A stretch of DNA of 64,000 nt from Eledone cirrhosa (GCA_964016885.1 OZ024742.1:157418001-157482000), one strand, 5' to 3'; shown: positions 1-14,353, counted from the stretch's first letter. Notes: generated from the sequence alone by a model not told the origin. Translations and numbers: made by a program.

Positions 1-408
1 TATATTTGTTTTATTATATTTGTTTTCTTATATTTGTTTTTTTCCGGACATCGCTTCGGTGTGTGTGAGAGTGTGTGTGTACCGACCCACACTAACTCTA
101 CAGGTTTAATACTGTATTGATGTGAGTATATATATGTATATATTTTTTTCTTTGACCTCGACCCGGTGTATGTGGGTGTGGAATGTAAGTGTACCCACTC
201 ACATTAACTGTGACTGACTGTATCCCTACAGATTTAATTGATGTCCAGCGTCTTTTGCAGCGATAGAAATCTGAAAACTTTTAGACCTTAACTGAAGTTA
301 ATAGCAGTCGCCGTGTCTCTGACTGGTGTGTCTTCATATGAGGGAATGAAATCTGTGAGAGAACATCGTTTTTTTCTCCCTCATATCAAGAATTTGAAGA
401 CAATTCAT

Positions 409-485
409 TTTCACCTGATGAGATCAGTGATAATCGATCATGGCTTCACAATCGATCTATCTCTTTTTGAAACATGTGTCGTGAG
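409..485 (+). ncRNA. Degenerate type I hammerhead ribozyme motif (PLE pLTR remnant)
   Basis: TCAC-CTGATGA(415-421)...GAAAC-ATGT-GTC-GTGA; stem I TCAC/GTGA and palindromic stem III; stem II closes poorly. Confidence 0.5.
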
Positions 486-561
486 TAAATCATTGGAATT
501 TTACCTTGCCTTCGGATTTTCATTTTGATATATATATTCTCATTCCATGTTTAGGCCTACG

Positions 562-1159
562 TTAACTAGCAACTACACAGTCAATCCTATTCTCCATATA
601 TGTTATCATGTTTCGCTGTGAGCCGTCTTCTCTCTCCTTCTACCTACCTATTTCGTTGCTATCTACTCTTCCCCCTCTTTTTCCTTTCCTTTTCTCCATC
701 TCACTTTCACTCACCCTCTCTCTGCCATCCACCTCATTTTTTCCCTCGCCTGACCCTCTAGCAGTCCTTTTCTCACTTATACTCGCTGGGGTTAGACGTG
801 TCTTTTCGTTCGCCCCCACGCTCTAGAACTTAAGTTCAGTTACTGATGTGGACTTGGATTTTCTTACCTTAAGCTGCTTGCACATTCTTCGGTTTGTTGT
901 TTTTTTTCGCTGATTTTCTCTTTTTATCTATTTCTCCCCATGCCCTTTCTATTTCCCTTCCCTCCCTCCTCTGTTTTCCCAATAACTTACCTAGTTATTA
1001 AACGCTTTGGAGGTAGATATATTGTCTTTAAAGCATTGAAATATCAGAGACCCCCAGTAGACAACAGAAGAGGAACCCCCCACCATTTCTTGCTCTCTTC
1101 TTATTCTTATTCTATTTTAAGGCTATTTTAACTAGTAACTACACAACCAATCCTATTCT

Positions 1160-1165
<6 letters not shown>
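562..1165. repeat. ~40-bp direct repeat bracketing a pyrimidine-rich segment, ending in (TA)n
   Basis: TTAACTAGCAACTACACAGTCAATCCTATTCTCCATATA (562-600) vs TTAACTAGTAACTACACAACCAATCCTATTCTCCATATA (~1128-1166). Confidence 0.7.
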
Positions 1166-1223
<58 letters not shown>

Positions 1224-2035
1224 ATGTGTGTTTGGGTGTGTGTGTCTATCAAAAACACACGCACACATACACGTACATATATATATGTGTGTGTGTGTGT
1301 GTATGTGTGTGTGCGTTTGTGTGTGTGTGTGCGTATTTTATGTGTTTATGTATATTTGTGAATACGAAATTAATCATTTAAGTATTAAATATGCATCATT
1401 AAATAATTTCACAGCCTTTTGTCCATGAACAAGTTCCAGCCATGCGTGCGAGCTCATATCACGTTTAAAATTACCTCTTTATTAAGCGGTCTATCGTGGA
1501 GCAGAACATATAATTCTGTGCTTTCAATATTATTGTCCGGATTCACACATCTCGCCTTTCTGGTAAATACAAGTAGAAAAGGTATTATTTATTTCTCACG
1601 GAAAATAAAGATATTATATCTAAATAATATCAAAGGATATCAAAATGTATCAAGTTATATTTTATATCTAAATAGAAATTAACTGCCAATAAATGAATAA
1701 TACTTCAAATTCAAACTCAGACACACTACATAACAACACATTGCTCGATGTATTGATTTCAAATATATTATTTTACAACATATGACTTATATTTATAAAC
1801 CCCAGTAATAATAGTAAACGTGTTTAGGTAATAATAAATATTATTATAATGCTATTGTTCTTTGGAGCTTGGAAAACTATTACAACGCAATAACAATGGG
1901 ACACGATATATATTTAGAAACATACAAAAGGAAGTTGATTAATATAATAACTAACCTCGTAGAAAAAAATGAAATATCCGTTTCGCTTTATAAATGTAAA
2001 TGATAAAATACAACCTAGAATATTATAACGCCAAA

Positions 2036-2039
<4 letters not shown>

Positions 2040-2097
<58 letters not shown>

Positions 2098-2111
2098 CAT
2101 ATATATATGCT

Positions 2112-2175
<64 letters not shown>

Positions 2176-2197
2176 CATATATATATGCATATATATA

Positions 2198-2267
<70 letters not shown>

Positions 2268-2277
2268 CATATATATA

Positions 2278-2311
<34 letters not shown>
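2040..2311. repeat. Compound (TA)n microsatellite (one of dozens of TA/CA/GA tracts in the window)
   Basis: Direct inspection; produces the spurious YIYI ORFs. Confidence 0.98.
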
Positions 2312-2315
<4 letters not shown>

Positions 2316-2408
2316 TGGAACACTGGAAGGTAATATATGTAGTGGTAGAGCACTCAGTCCATGGGACGAGTTATATAGAAGTAGTTACACAACAGTTAGT
2401 TAACCATA

Positions 2409-2490
2409 CCGAGAACAATTGTTTCACCTTAGCGGATCCTCAGCTCAGAATCCGAGCTGAGGATCCGCTAAAAGAAACAATTGTTCTCAG
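2409..2490. ncRNA. Back-to-back inverted pair of minimal hammerhead motifs
   Basis: Minus: CTGAG-CTGAGGA-TCCGCTAAGGT-GAAAC-AATT-GTT-CTCGG; plus: GAG-CTGAGGA-TCCGCTAAAA-GAAAC-AATT-GTT-CTC; arms 2411-2446 and 2454-2488. Confidence 0.7.
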
Positions 2491-2632
2491 TAACAGCCGT
2501 ACTAAGAGTGAGAAATGAAATTTCGTTTCATTTTTTCCGTTTATAGATATATATTTTAATGAAAAAAGAAATGTCCTACACGAGTGAAAGTTTAAGGAAA
2601 AGAAATCGAAAATGCAACTGGAGTTTGTTAAT

Positions 2633-2739
<107 letters not shown>

Positions 2740-4065
2740 AACATGAAAACGATCAAAATGTTATTACAAAATGACAAAAAACTGTTCGCAAATCTGAAAT
2801 ATATCAAAATATATTTTGAAAAGATAAAACACTCCATGTAATTGACACAGAGAATTTCGAGAAGGATGATGTAAGTAAGTCTAAAGGTGAACAATACGCC
2901 AAATCTCTAAGAAAAACGACAAAACGTATTGTATGACTGTGGGATTATATGATGTTTTCTTATTTAGAAGTATTTACGAAAAACAACAGAAAGTAAGAAA
3001 CTTCATCTCCCTTTAAAAGTAAACTAATACATCAGTTCATTGAGAAAATTTAATACGTTCTTTATGCAAGAATATTATGTTGCAAATTCGTGTTAGCTTA
3101 TAAGCTCTATATCCAGACTATGAAAGATACCATGACAAAATCTGGAATGAAAATGTTCATATACTTATAGACGTGTCAATTCCTTCTAACCTAGCTCGAA
3201 AAAATGTTCACGAGCTCTTATCTTACAACGTATATGTGTAAATATTAAAATACTGTCAATGCTTACTGAAAGAGTACCGATAATAAAAAGGACCATGTAC
3301 TCAAACATAAAAATGAACTAATGCCTCATAACTTATCAGACGTTCGCTGATGTATACCTGATAAGCACACATCGACAACTTAACAAGACAATTTCGATTC
3401 GTTTCATTTTCATATTAATTGCAAATAGTATATACACAGTAAATCTATTAAACCAGCTTGTTTTCTCATTGTCAACGTGATATAAATTCGCAAGTGTTTT
3501 AAATACAATATTTACTAATCACAGAAAAGAGGGAATACAATGTCTATATATATATATGTGTCTTATTTACTTTTCTAATTGCTATATCAATAAAACAGTC
3601 ACTAGGAATGTTGATCAATCGCCCGTATTATTACTAATTTGTTTTATCAGTTTGAATTGCAATTTAAAATCGACAGAAGATAATGTCCACTTCAATTGAT
3701 AATGATTAGTCAAATTCAATGTTTATAAGAAATCATCACGAGATGTAAAATTCTAATTATTACCTTACGCTAAAACAAACAGACAAAACGTTCTAATACC
3801 AATGGCAATTATAATAAGATGAAAGACAAATATTCATGAAAATCACTAAAATCCCGTTGGTATAGATAATTAGAATAATAGGATTATGTATCAAAATTCA
3901 GATTCTTCTAACAATACAAGAAATCCGTTCTAACCAAACATGTTCTCTCCTAGAAATATAATTCGGTCAATAATGAAATAAAATGACCACATGATATGTA
4001 TAAATGAGATAGTCTCGAACATGGAAAATTTCCAGATGAAGTAAGAGATTTAAAATGTAATACAT

Positions 4066-4487
4066 GTTAATGCTGCATGTAGTGAGACATGGACAGCAAC
4101 TGCGGAGTATATGTGACGGCTGGAGAGAAATGAAGCAAGCCTGCTCCGTTGGATGTGCAATGTCAATGTGCGTGAACGACCCAGCATAGGTGAGTTGAGA
4201 AAGATACTGTGTATGAGAGGGATCAGTTGTAGCGTGCGGGAGAGGAGACTGGTATGGACATGTGATGCGCATGGAGGATGACCGCTGGGTAAATAAGGGC
4301 TAAGAAATCCCAGAAGAAGGAAGACACAGTAGAGGAAGACCATGACAAATATGGGCGGAGGTTGTGAGATCTGACGTCAGATCGCTGAAGCTCACAGAGT
4401 TGATGACAAAATACCGTGACGAACGCAGAAATGCTGTGCTGAATAGGACCCGTTCAACCCTTGAAATCGGGGAAAAGCGGACGTAAA

Positions 4488-4519
<32 letters not shown>
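4066..4519 (+). mobile_element. 5'-truncated RTE-clade LINE 3' end with (TGA)n tail
   Basis: Broken frame reading SETW...RLERNEASLLRWMCNV...GHVMRMEDDRWV...RGRP; (GAT)n tail 4489-4519. Confidence 0.85.
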
Positions 4520-4520
<1 letters not shown>

Positions 4521-4769
4521 AGTACATGTCATGTTTGTGTGTACGCATATGCTTTATATATACATATATAAATACATGGTGACTGCTTCCTTTTCACAGG
4601 TGATGGCTTTCTCCGTGTGTACACCCATCACCAACATTAACATGAGTCAGCCATTTGTGATAGCATAGATGATTATTCACTCCAGCTTCAGACATGCATC
4701 ATCTTCAGCAACGATAAAAGATAAAATATATGCCCTATACTGTATTGATTGTTTCAGTTCTGTGGGTTG

Positions 4770-5560
4770 ACTTCCTTTGTACGATCGTTTGCAATTTTAG
4801 ACCAGAAAATGATTTGCCGACTTTTCCACACTCCACACAGTTTGCCTCACCTGGCTTTGAAGGAAGAGTGCTGCGTTTCATGATACTTAAATGTGTGACA
4901 TACACACATTTAGAGAGTAATAATCGACTACATGCTTTACATCTCCATTCATTTGAGAAAGCTCAGCTCAGCAGTTTCTAATTCAGCTGTAAAATGTTTT
5001 GGATGAAAGCACCTTGGCGTGGTGGCGGGTGGGAGGAGAAGCCCTTGGTTCAGTCAACTAGTCAAAGCTGCTTACAAATATTGGATTGGAAATAAGTCCT
5101 CCTTCTTGTACTTGCGATACAAGCAGCTGCTAAACATTGCATCAGAGATTGTAAAAGCGTTCAAATTCAAAAGTTGAAAGGATGTTGGTATTAAATTAGA
5201 ATCAAACCACATCAAAAATAATTGTTTCTACTTTTGGAACAAGGCCAGCAATTATCCTATTGTAATACTGGTACTTTATTTTATCGACCCCGTAAGGATG
5301 AAAGGCAAAGTTAACCTCGGCGGGAATTGAACTCACACCATAAAGGGCCGTAACTCTTTGCTACAAAGCATGGCGTCCGACCCTCTACCGATACTGCCAA
5401 TCCACCTCCAAACCACATCAAAAATAATGTATTCTAGCAGACCATCCTCCTATAATGTATTAGGAAATCCTCCCTCAGACCTGCTAGCAAGAACGTGTCT
5501 GGGGTTCTCATCTCGTCTAAATGATCAATCCTCGCGAAGTAAAGAGATTATTTTTTTGAT
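4770..5560 (-). mobile_element. Highly decayed RTE-like LINE 3' end with C2H2-like fingers, interrupted by a SINE
   Basis: Minus-strand fragments WRCKACSRLLLSK...HL and CVECGKVGKSFSGLK. Confidence 0.4.
5218..5407 (-). mobile_element. tRNA-derived SINE with Nin/Deu-like core
   Basis: A box TGGCAGTATCGG, B box GAGTTCAATTCC, core GCCTTTCATCCTTACGGGGTCGATAAAATAAAGTACCAG; multiple copies in window. Confidence 0.9.
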
Positions 5561-5749
5561 CTCTTAAATACGATCACAATAGCAACTTCTGATGAAAGTG
5601 ATGTGCATCTGAGAGGGATGAACTAAACTCTCAGAGGCTAAATTCACAAGAGCATTTAAAGAGCTTAAATATTGCGAAGCCACTGAGGGGGATGTAATTC
5701 GGAAGGTATTCTCTGGATGACTCGTATGAACAAAGCGGCCTAGATTTAA

Positions 5750-7110
5750 GGAAATGTATGCATAAGGGAGACAAGTGATATTGCTTCAAACATAGAGGGA
5801 TCTCCGTGGTAAACATCGAAAGTCAAAATTATGCTAAGACTCTGGCAAAGAGATTTACATATATTGTCAAGCTAGCTGAGGAACTCTATCGCTTTCATAA
5901 CGGACGCAGCATAGACGACCAACAATTCGCACTGCAGCAGGTCTTTGATAAATGGTTGAAGTATTGCCAAGGGAAACATACCTATTTTGAAGGATATTAA
6001 TATATTCAACATTAGAAGGAGGATATACCTATGTGTTAGTAAAATGGCTACTTGGAAAATAATATTCATTTAGATGCTTGAAATACCCCAGATTTACCGG
6101 TACAATTATCACATCGCCTCGGTAGTTGAAATCAAGATTTTAAAAATTGCTGTTGGGCAAGAGTAAAAAAAGAAAGAAGGTTCTGCTAGCGTATGGGATC
6201 GGGGAATAGTTGCTTGTTGCACCGATGTCTCTGTTCGTATGGCCTATTAATTGTTCTCAGAAACCTTTCAATGTGAGAGTCGGACACTACAAAATGTGTT
6301 TAGTCCCAACTCGGCTTTTTGTAATGTTAATGTACGCTATTAACATGCGCCGTGAGGTTGAAAGTGATATCTAGTCTACGAGAATTTGCAGTATTACTTC
6401 ATTCGTCAGAAACTGATCGCCGACTTGCACTTGGTAGGGAATCAGCCGAGTTCTGCACGGCAGGAATGAAAGTCAGGGCCGCGAAGTCTGAGTCTCTTTT
6501 CCACTTAAGAAAGCCTGCACAGTACACTATACATGTGAGTGTTGGTCCACTAATATAGGTGCACATGATGAATATCGTGGGGATGTTTAATTTAGTGCAA
6601 AACTTGCAACAGCTTTCGTTAAAGAATAGGCGTAAAATCCTAATCCACTATCGACAATTCGATATGCCTGTCAAGCCTTAACTATGGTCAAATATAATGA
6701 GTGTTTACCGAAAGAATGCGATCGTGAATAATAGCGGCTGAAGATGGATTCATTCCAAGGTCTTTGGAGTAACGCGTCTCGATATTGTGCGTAGCTAGGA
6801 TATGTGAGAGTCGCTCCAGATTGACCCATTACATCTACTAATTCAGAGAACACCGATTTAATATTACTCTCATGTGGCTAGAATGTCTCAGAAAAGAATC
6901 GCTGGACTGATTCTACAGGCAAAACAAACCGGATGGAGACCTAGGTATAGACCCCAGTAATACGGTTGGATAACATCCCTGAACTGGGCTGGTCTCGATT
7001 AGGGATCCATACGTATTAACTGAAGACGGCTGCTACTGTCAAGCCCCACTGGAGAAAGTGGTAGAAGAAGAAGAAGAAGAAGAAGAAGAAGAAGAAGAAG
7101 AAGAAGAAGA
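5750..7110 (+). mobile_element. Decayed RTE-clade LINE (RT to 3' end) with (GAA)n tail
   Basis: Fragments KGDK..C..HRGIS, YAKTLAKR, GRSIDDQQFALQQVFDK, RMSQKRIA..ILQA...GWRPR; (GAA)n from 7064. Confidence 0.7.
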
Positions 7111-7314
7111 AGGGTGAGGATGATGAGGGGGTGAGGAGGAGGAGGAGGAGGATAATAATAATAATAATAATAATAATGATAATAATAATAAAAAGAAGAA
7201 GAAGAAAAAAAAGAAGAAGAAGAAGAAAAGAAGGGGGAGACAGAGGATGAGGAGGAAGAGGACAGAGGGGAGAGTAGAAGGAAGACAAATAAGAGGAGGA
7301 CGAGGGGGAAGAAG

Positions 7315-7345
<31 letters not shown>

Positions 7346-7370
7346 GGAGGAGGGGGAGGGGGAGGGGGAG
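7064..7370. repeat. Compound (GAA)n/(GAG)n/(AAT)n microsatellite
   Basis: Direct inspection. Confidence 0.95.
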
Positions 7371-7429
7371 AGAGTATGAGATTTATCGACAATATTAAGA
7401 CCAATAATATCGATTTGAATATCGATTTA

Positions 7430-9478
7430 TCATTATCAACCTCTAGTCGAGTCGTTGGCGACTAAACTGGCAACCCCACCAAGGTTTCTTGGTGAGGAGG
7501 CTGACTTTGGACATCCTGCAGGAATAAAAACAAAACCTGTCAAAGGGCAAAGGAGCTCTTAAGAGTCAATGGCCATCCAAAATCACCGGGAGAGATGAAC
7601 CCTTAGCCTTTGTCAAGGCAGAATTCTAGGAGAAGGAAAACTCTGATATAACACCTGCAACCCTGGTGGTATCCAATGATGTTGACTTGTTCTTCTTATT
7701 TGGTAAATATCATATTGGTTAAGAGAGTGGGACTGGCTTTATGCAGTGCCTTTGCTCACTATACAAGCTTCACGGCACAGGCATTGCTTTATATCTGGAT
7801 ATCTCTCTGCACTTGTCGTCACATGGTACCATGGGCTCAGCACTATGTGTCAATAATTGTCACAAGTGTAGTGTTTGTACCAGAGTATTCATGTCTCTGG
7901 CTGGATGAAAAAGTCACACTCGTTCAGCGCATCGGTAGGGGTTCTCCTACATGGATATAAAGCAGTGGCCGCACTAGTTATAGCAGAAGGAAATCCTCCC
8001 TCCGCACCGGTCCAGGACTGAAGGCGACCCAAACCATATTCCGTGGCCATCGGTTTGCAGTTCTACCAGAGACTACTCCACTTACTGTCTCTTTACTAAA
8101 TGTCAGTGGTTGGGCTTCAGGTTAGCGACCTGTTCCTGGAAAAACTCTCCTGCTACGAAAACAATTAATAGTGCATCAGATTTAAATTCCAAGCAGTCAG
8201 GTGAACGGTTGTCTCTAACCGGAGATTGTATGACGGGTGTCGGCGAAAGTCTCAATGAGGAAGCCGACATCCTGAGGACCAGAATTCTGTCTGCAAAAAC
8301 AACCACACGTATTGGATATTGGAACATAAGAACTATGTACCAACCATCCAAACTTGCGCAAGTTATCGGAGAAATGGAGGCCTACAAAATTAACATCCAG
8401 GACCTCAGCGAGGTCCGCTGGACTGACGCTGGGAAGTTTGTCCATGAAAACAAGACCATCCTGTTCTCAGGCCGTCAGAACGGGACCCACCGTGATGGAG
8501 TTGCAATCATCATAGACAGGGCTGCCAGTGGTGCCCTTGAGAAGTGGACTCCTATCAACGAACGCCTAATGACAGCAAGATTCACCACATCACATGCAAA
8601 GGTCCCCATAGCTCAGTGCTATGCTCCAACCAACGAACATAACGATGATGACAAGGACGCTTTCTACCAGAAACTACAAGATGTTGTAAACAAAACCCCA
8701 CGTCAGGACATCTTGATCATCATGGGAGACATGAACGCACATATCGGGGGAAGCAGGGTTGGCTTTGAACATGTCCTTGGCCCCTATGCTTATGGAAACC
8801 ACACGGACAACGGGGACAGGTTTGTCCAGTTATGTGCCATCAACAATATGAAAATCGGCTCGTCACTATTTGACCACACGAACATCTACAATGTCACATG
8901 GGCTTCGAACGACAACAGGACCAAGACGCAAATAGACCACATTGCGATTGGCCCAAGTTGGAGAGCTCCTTGCCTGCAGGACGTCCGAGTCTACCGGGGC
9001 GCAGATGTCTGCAGTGACCACTATCTGTCTGTTACCAAACTGAAAATCAGACTGAGGAAGCAGGAGAAGAGAGCACTCACTACAAGGCATTTTGACACTA
9101 CCAAGCTGAAGAACGGTGACACAGAAGCACAGTTCAAGGCTGCTTTAAGGAACAGATTTGCTGTCCTTCAGGAGTCTGCACCAGGCTCGGTCAATTGGTG
9201 GGAAGAAATGAAGAAGACCATGGAAGCTGCAGGGGAAGAAATCCTGTGCTACAGGAAGTCCCTCAGAGAAGCTTGGGTCAGCGACAATACCTGGCAGCTG
9301 ATTAATGAAAGAAAGCCCTACATCAGCAGAGGCATGCCACTACCCCAGAGGCCATCAAGGTATATCAGCAGTATGTTGACAAGGACAAGGAGGTGAAAAG
9401 CAGCGCCCAAAAGGACAAACGAATGTGGCTTGAGGGTAACGCAGAGGAGGCGGAAGCAGCTGCGGCACGCAATGACAT
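7430..9478 (+). mobile_element. RTE-clade LINE: 5' UTR plus APE endonuclease region, 3'-truncated
   Basis: GC-richer UTR then ORF 8110-9396; homology stops abruptly at ~9478, before the RT domain. Confidence 0.85.
8230..9478 (+). pseudogene. RTE APE endonuclease ORF (frameshift ~9315, no RT)
   Basis: Motifs IGYWNIRT, LSEVRW, QCYAPT, MGDMNA, QIDHI, SDH; continues KDKEVKSSAQKDKR..AEEAEAAA in another frame. Confidence 0.9.
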
Positions 9479-9514
9479 TATTCAATCTGGAACTTTGTAA
9501 TTATCTAATTGGTG

Positions 9515-9555
9515 TGTCCTTAATTTTCGAGATATTATCTCGAAAATAAAGGACA
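9515..9555. repeat. Short hairpin/inverted repeat near the RTE breakpoint
   Basis: TGTCCTTAATTTTCGAGAT-ATT-ATCTCGAAAATAAAGGACA. Confidence 0.8.
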
Positions 9556-9713
9556 TTTAAATAAATCTAAGGTAAAAGACTAATTGTCAACAATATCTTT
9601 TGCATTTGCATTCTTTATTCTATGTCCATACCTGCATTGTTTTGGCTTTATTATACATATACAAACGTTTATACCTCATTACACGATGCTTCAAGTGAAC
9701 TATAACATCCTCC

Positions 9714-9782
<69 letters not shown>

Positions 9783-10321
9783 GGGGAGAGAGGGATATAT
9801 ATATAGAGAGAGAGACATATAAACGTAAGCCTTACGGCATATTGTCTGCTGTTTTTTTTGTATTAATCACTATGAAACGAATCATTCGTGTGATAATCAA
9901 ATAAAACTATACGGAGAGTTGACGTAGAATCTACTGTCATGAAGTAGAATGCATGAACATTCTAGTAATCAAAACATAATTTATTTAATTAGTATAACCC
10001 ACTCTTGAGATGAAAAGTATAGAATGAATCAATACAAAGGTAAACAGTTAACTGAATAAACAAGAACATAATTACAAAATCACTAGTATGAAATCTATGA
10101 AAAAAATAATTCGGTTAGAGCTTCAATACAAGTATATTTCTATTAGTTCCTTTACTGAGATAGAGCAACAGATATAATGTTAGCAAAATAACAAGAAGAT
10201 ACAAAGTATTGTGTGTAGGAAGTATACTAAAAGAAAATATGAACAGCCAAACTTTAAACTATATGCATAGTGATGAAAATCTGTTAAGATGTTTTTCGTA
10301 AAATATTAGCGTATAAGAACA

Positions 10322-10389
<68 letters not shown>

Positions 10390-11552
10390 CATTATATATA
10401 TATTACGTAAACTAAAGCATACGCAAGTACATACATAGATAATTACATACACACATACATCTGTATAATTTCTCTTTTTTAAAAACAAGAAAAGAAAGTA
10501 TTAATGCGTCAAGTGAACTAATTGACAAAACAACCATGTGTACGTATCAGCAATGTTTTAATTGATAATGATGACAGAAACACACAAAGAAAAACTAACA
10601 CAGTCGTAAATAATCTTTTTTTTTTCTTAAACAGTCTTCATAACGGAAACTTTCCTATAAAAAGAGATCTAAAACATAATCTTGCTAAATCAGAAGATAT
10701 AGTTAAAAAACAATCCATCTATAATTTTATTTGCTGAAATTTGTAAGGCAGTTGCACATTTTAATTTCATTTAGACAATCCTCACAGAAAGCTGACGCCT
10801 ATTAAATGTATAGAAATGTAAGTACTTTATTTTTTACGCCAGTGTCTCATTATAATTCCTCATCAGTAGAGAAGATTCTGCGTGCTTTTCTAGATTAAAA
10901 CAAAATGTTAACAAAGATAAAAGAAAAGCAGGCATTTTTATAAACACTGCAGAGGTACAGGTTTTATAGCTGATAAAATGTATAGGCTTAAATAAATATA
11001 TTTCTAAGCTAGCGTCATTCTAGATAATTGAATAGCACTATGTATGATTCTTGCATACTAGATATGAAATATCATATGTTTATAGCAGCTTATTTGCACG
11101 CATTGCGGTTTCAATTTTTTTGCATCTCCGCTTTGTAAAACGTAGAGCGCTAATTCAATGTTTATGTCTGCTATCCCTGCACAATGCAAATAACCCTTTC
11201 CAAAGCCAAACATCTGACATCGCAACATATTCAAGGAACGAAAAACGCAAATGTTAGGATGTTTCCATGAAAATACAGATAACATTGTGTCTGTGGCGTG
11301 CCAGACCTGACTGTGTTTTATTGGCATTGACTCGGTATCACTATATATAAAAACATTCAAACTAAGGAAGCTACATGATGTTTGACATTCTATAAATCTG
11401 CTATGCTGGCACATCTGAACATTTATATTTTCTTCATAAAATATGTATACACATAAGTGGTATTTGGTTAGTATGATGTCATATGGAAAATATAGTTCTA
11501 TTGCATCTGTGATCCAGAAGGATACTCGATTAATTTAATTCCATTATATGAA

Positions 11553-11733
11553 ATTGGCAGTATCGATAGAGAGTCGGACGCCATGTATTCCAGCATAATT
11601 ACGTCCCTTTACGGTCTGAGTTCAGATCGCGTCGAGGTTAACTTTGCCTTCCATCCTTACGAGGTCGATAAAATAAAGTACGAGTAATGTACTGGGTAAT
11701 TGCTGGCCTTGTGCCAAATATAGAAATAATTAT
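11553..11733 (+). mobile_element. tRNA-derived Nin/Deu-like SINE
   Basis: Same A/B boxes and core as 5218-5407. Confidence 0.9.
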
Positions 11734-12164
11734 ATGGAAATGAAGTTATTATTGCCATCTATAGCACGTGCAGTACTTCTCAAGAGTCAAAATTACCGAG
11801 ATAATTTTTATTGTTTTAACAAGATGATTAATCAATAATTTCGGGATATTTTAAATGATAGTAATAATTATTCTTCTATAGTATGTGTTTTCAGTTTCAG
11901 AAATATTTGTTGAGTATAAGAGGAAGCATTTTAAGCGAAGGGCGTAATTAGAAGCAAATGGATTTGGAAATACACGTTTCATATGTATTCATTTATTTAC
12001 TTAGTTGTAGTAATCAATGTTGTTAATTATACTCCTTCCCTAACAATTTAGATGCTTGCGCAATGGGTTAGATTTTAATTATACAGGAATATATGCTATT
12101 AAATTAAATATGTCCGTAATAATTCTTCTTAAAACAACAAGGATGCAATTTATGTGGATATTTT

Positions 12165-12215
<51 letters not shown>

Positions 12216-12217
<2 letters not shown>

Positions 12218-14353
12218 AGTGTATTTGGGTTGCTTACCGATACTTCAGTATTCAGGTTAGTGCACTCAACGAAGTGTGCAGGTAAGTCTGTTTCCTCCGG
12301 AGTAATCTAAAACAAGAAGTTAAGCGGTTAAAATTAACTTCGTTTATTCATATTCGCTGCAATATATATTTCGGCTATAACCATAGTTCAATAGTTATGA
12401 CCTCATCAGGCAGCCACAACTTGAACAGAAAAAACAGGGAAACAATGGTGGAATAGAGTCTACCTTGTTAATTTGTTGATATGGCAGGCTGACCTGCTTC
12501 AAGGAAAACTGATCTCTCAAGATGTTATCTTTCGGTACCTGTGGTTAGATGGGAAGTTCTTCTCTAAGGCGTCTCTAAGATTTTAGGCATGTTAGAGGAT
12601 ACAATACGAAAGTAGGGAGGATGGAACCATAAGACATTATGCCGGCGTTTACGTGTCATCTCTGGGTTGCTGCGGATGTTTTTGTCCTGATGGGTGTTAT
12701 TACCAAGGTGGTTCGGCTGCTGCCTATTGCGTGTTCTGTTCGCACTATGCCCATGTGTTAGCCCACCCCATGCGTGGCGGTTCTGGGTTAACCTATGCCT
12801 GTTGGAAGGTGTTGGTTATATACCGTAACCGTTATTACGCCTGAAGTGTTTCAAGTAAGTTATTGTTAATTCCATTGACCGAACTACGATGGTGTGGGTA
12901 TGGTAATTCACACATCCAGCCACACTTGTAGTTATGATGCAGGCCAGAGCTAGCCGTATTATTCGTTCAATTTGTATGTTTTCCGTTTGCAGGACCACGT
13001 CGCAGGAATATAACTACAATAATGCCAACCACAATAATGGCAACAATTGAGATGGTGAAAATGATAGTAATGGGATTAGCAGCAGCCCTCACCAATTTAG
13101 AGATGGCAACAAAAAACACTGCAATTGCAGTAACCCTAACAACTGTCCACTCCAAGGTTACTGCTTGATTAGAAACGTAATCTATAGATGCACAGTTACA
13201 AGTTATACTAGTGTTACGTCATAAATAGGAACCACATCTGGGGAGTTCAAGACAAGATTTAGAGCGCGTCTCCACTCATTTAGGAATAGGAACCTAAGAT
13301 ACTCTACCTCCCTCGCTAATTATATTACCCAATTAACTGACTCCAACATTAGCTACATCACACAATGGGAAAATGTGAACCAAGCTACACCTTATAATTT
13401 CAAGAAAAGCTGCCAGCTCTGCCTAATGGAGCTGTACTATATATTGCAAACACTGCAGGAACTCATAAATAGTCGAGCCGAAACAGTCATCAATTGCGGC
13501 TACTGACTGCAACAATCATTCTACAGATGGACCCTTGAAACTGAATAGCTACAATAATACCTGAGGCTCTCAGCACCGCACTCTGGCCTGACCCGCTGGC
13601 GGTAGGTTTACCAATATACAGCGTGGATAACACCATCATCTACCAACTGTTTTCCCACCGGGATGCTGCACGGCACCTATTCACCCCCACACCGCTATAC
13701 TCCTCCTCTTGGCCGGGCCACTATAATCTTCCTCTTGAACTTGCTGCCTGAACCCGAATAACTTCTTGATCCCAATAATTGATAATAATTGGTAATATGA
13801 ACATAGAACTTCGATCCAAATTGGCATCATTTTTCTAGGCCTTCAACATCATACACCAACCCAGGCCCCTGCATTAGGTGTACGTGTGTGCAGTGTTTAC
13901 CGATATTACCAACAGTCTATTATGTTCCCAACTAAACACGGCATCATTTCTACTGCGTTGACCAGCCCCACATAAGTTAATTTTTTTTAAATAATTTATT
14001 TCCCCATAGCTAGTATTGGTCAACAATAATGCAGTAACATTCAACGGGCACCGGGTAATTACCTCCCTTAGCGAATTATATCCCTTTCACCGATAACAGT
14101 ATCTATACCATCTACAATCACAATGCATATAAATGTGATGTTATAATACCCTCTCAGGGATTTGTAATTGAGGACCTAGCCATCTGAATATTTGCGTCCG
14201 ACGAGCCCCTCTGGGAGAAACACGTGTGAGAGCTATATAAAGATATGTTTTAACGGCATGTAACTATTTCGGTTCGGCTTTCGACATGTAGTATTCTGTA
14301 TCGCAACTCTTTGTATCTCTCCGCTCCGATACTCCGCTCCGATACTTTAACCC

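Noticed and set aside
7435-7520. Possible HDV-like ribozyme in the RTE 5' UTR
   Set aside because: Could not build the nested double pseudoknot by eye
13598-13630. SECIS-like TGA..GA stem in the Naiad 3' UTR
   Set aside because: Helix too short, no properly placed apical AA and no preceding A; the TGA at 13504 is better explained as CGA decay
14194-14234. Hammerhead-like CCGACGA...GAAACACGTGTG
   Set aside because: Core U4 and cleavage triplet both mutated, stem I weak; remnant only
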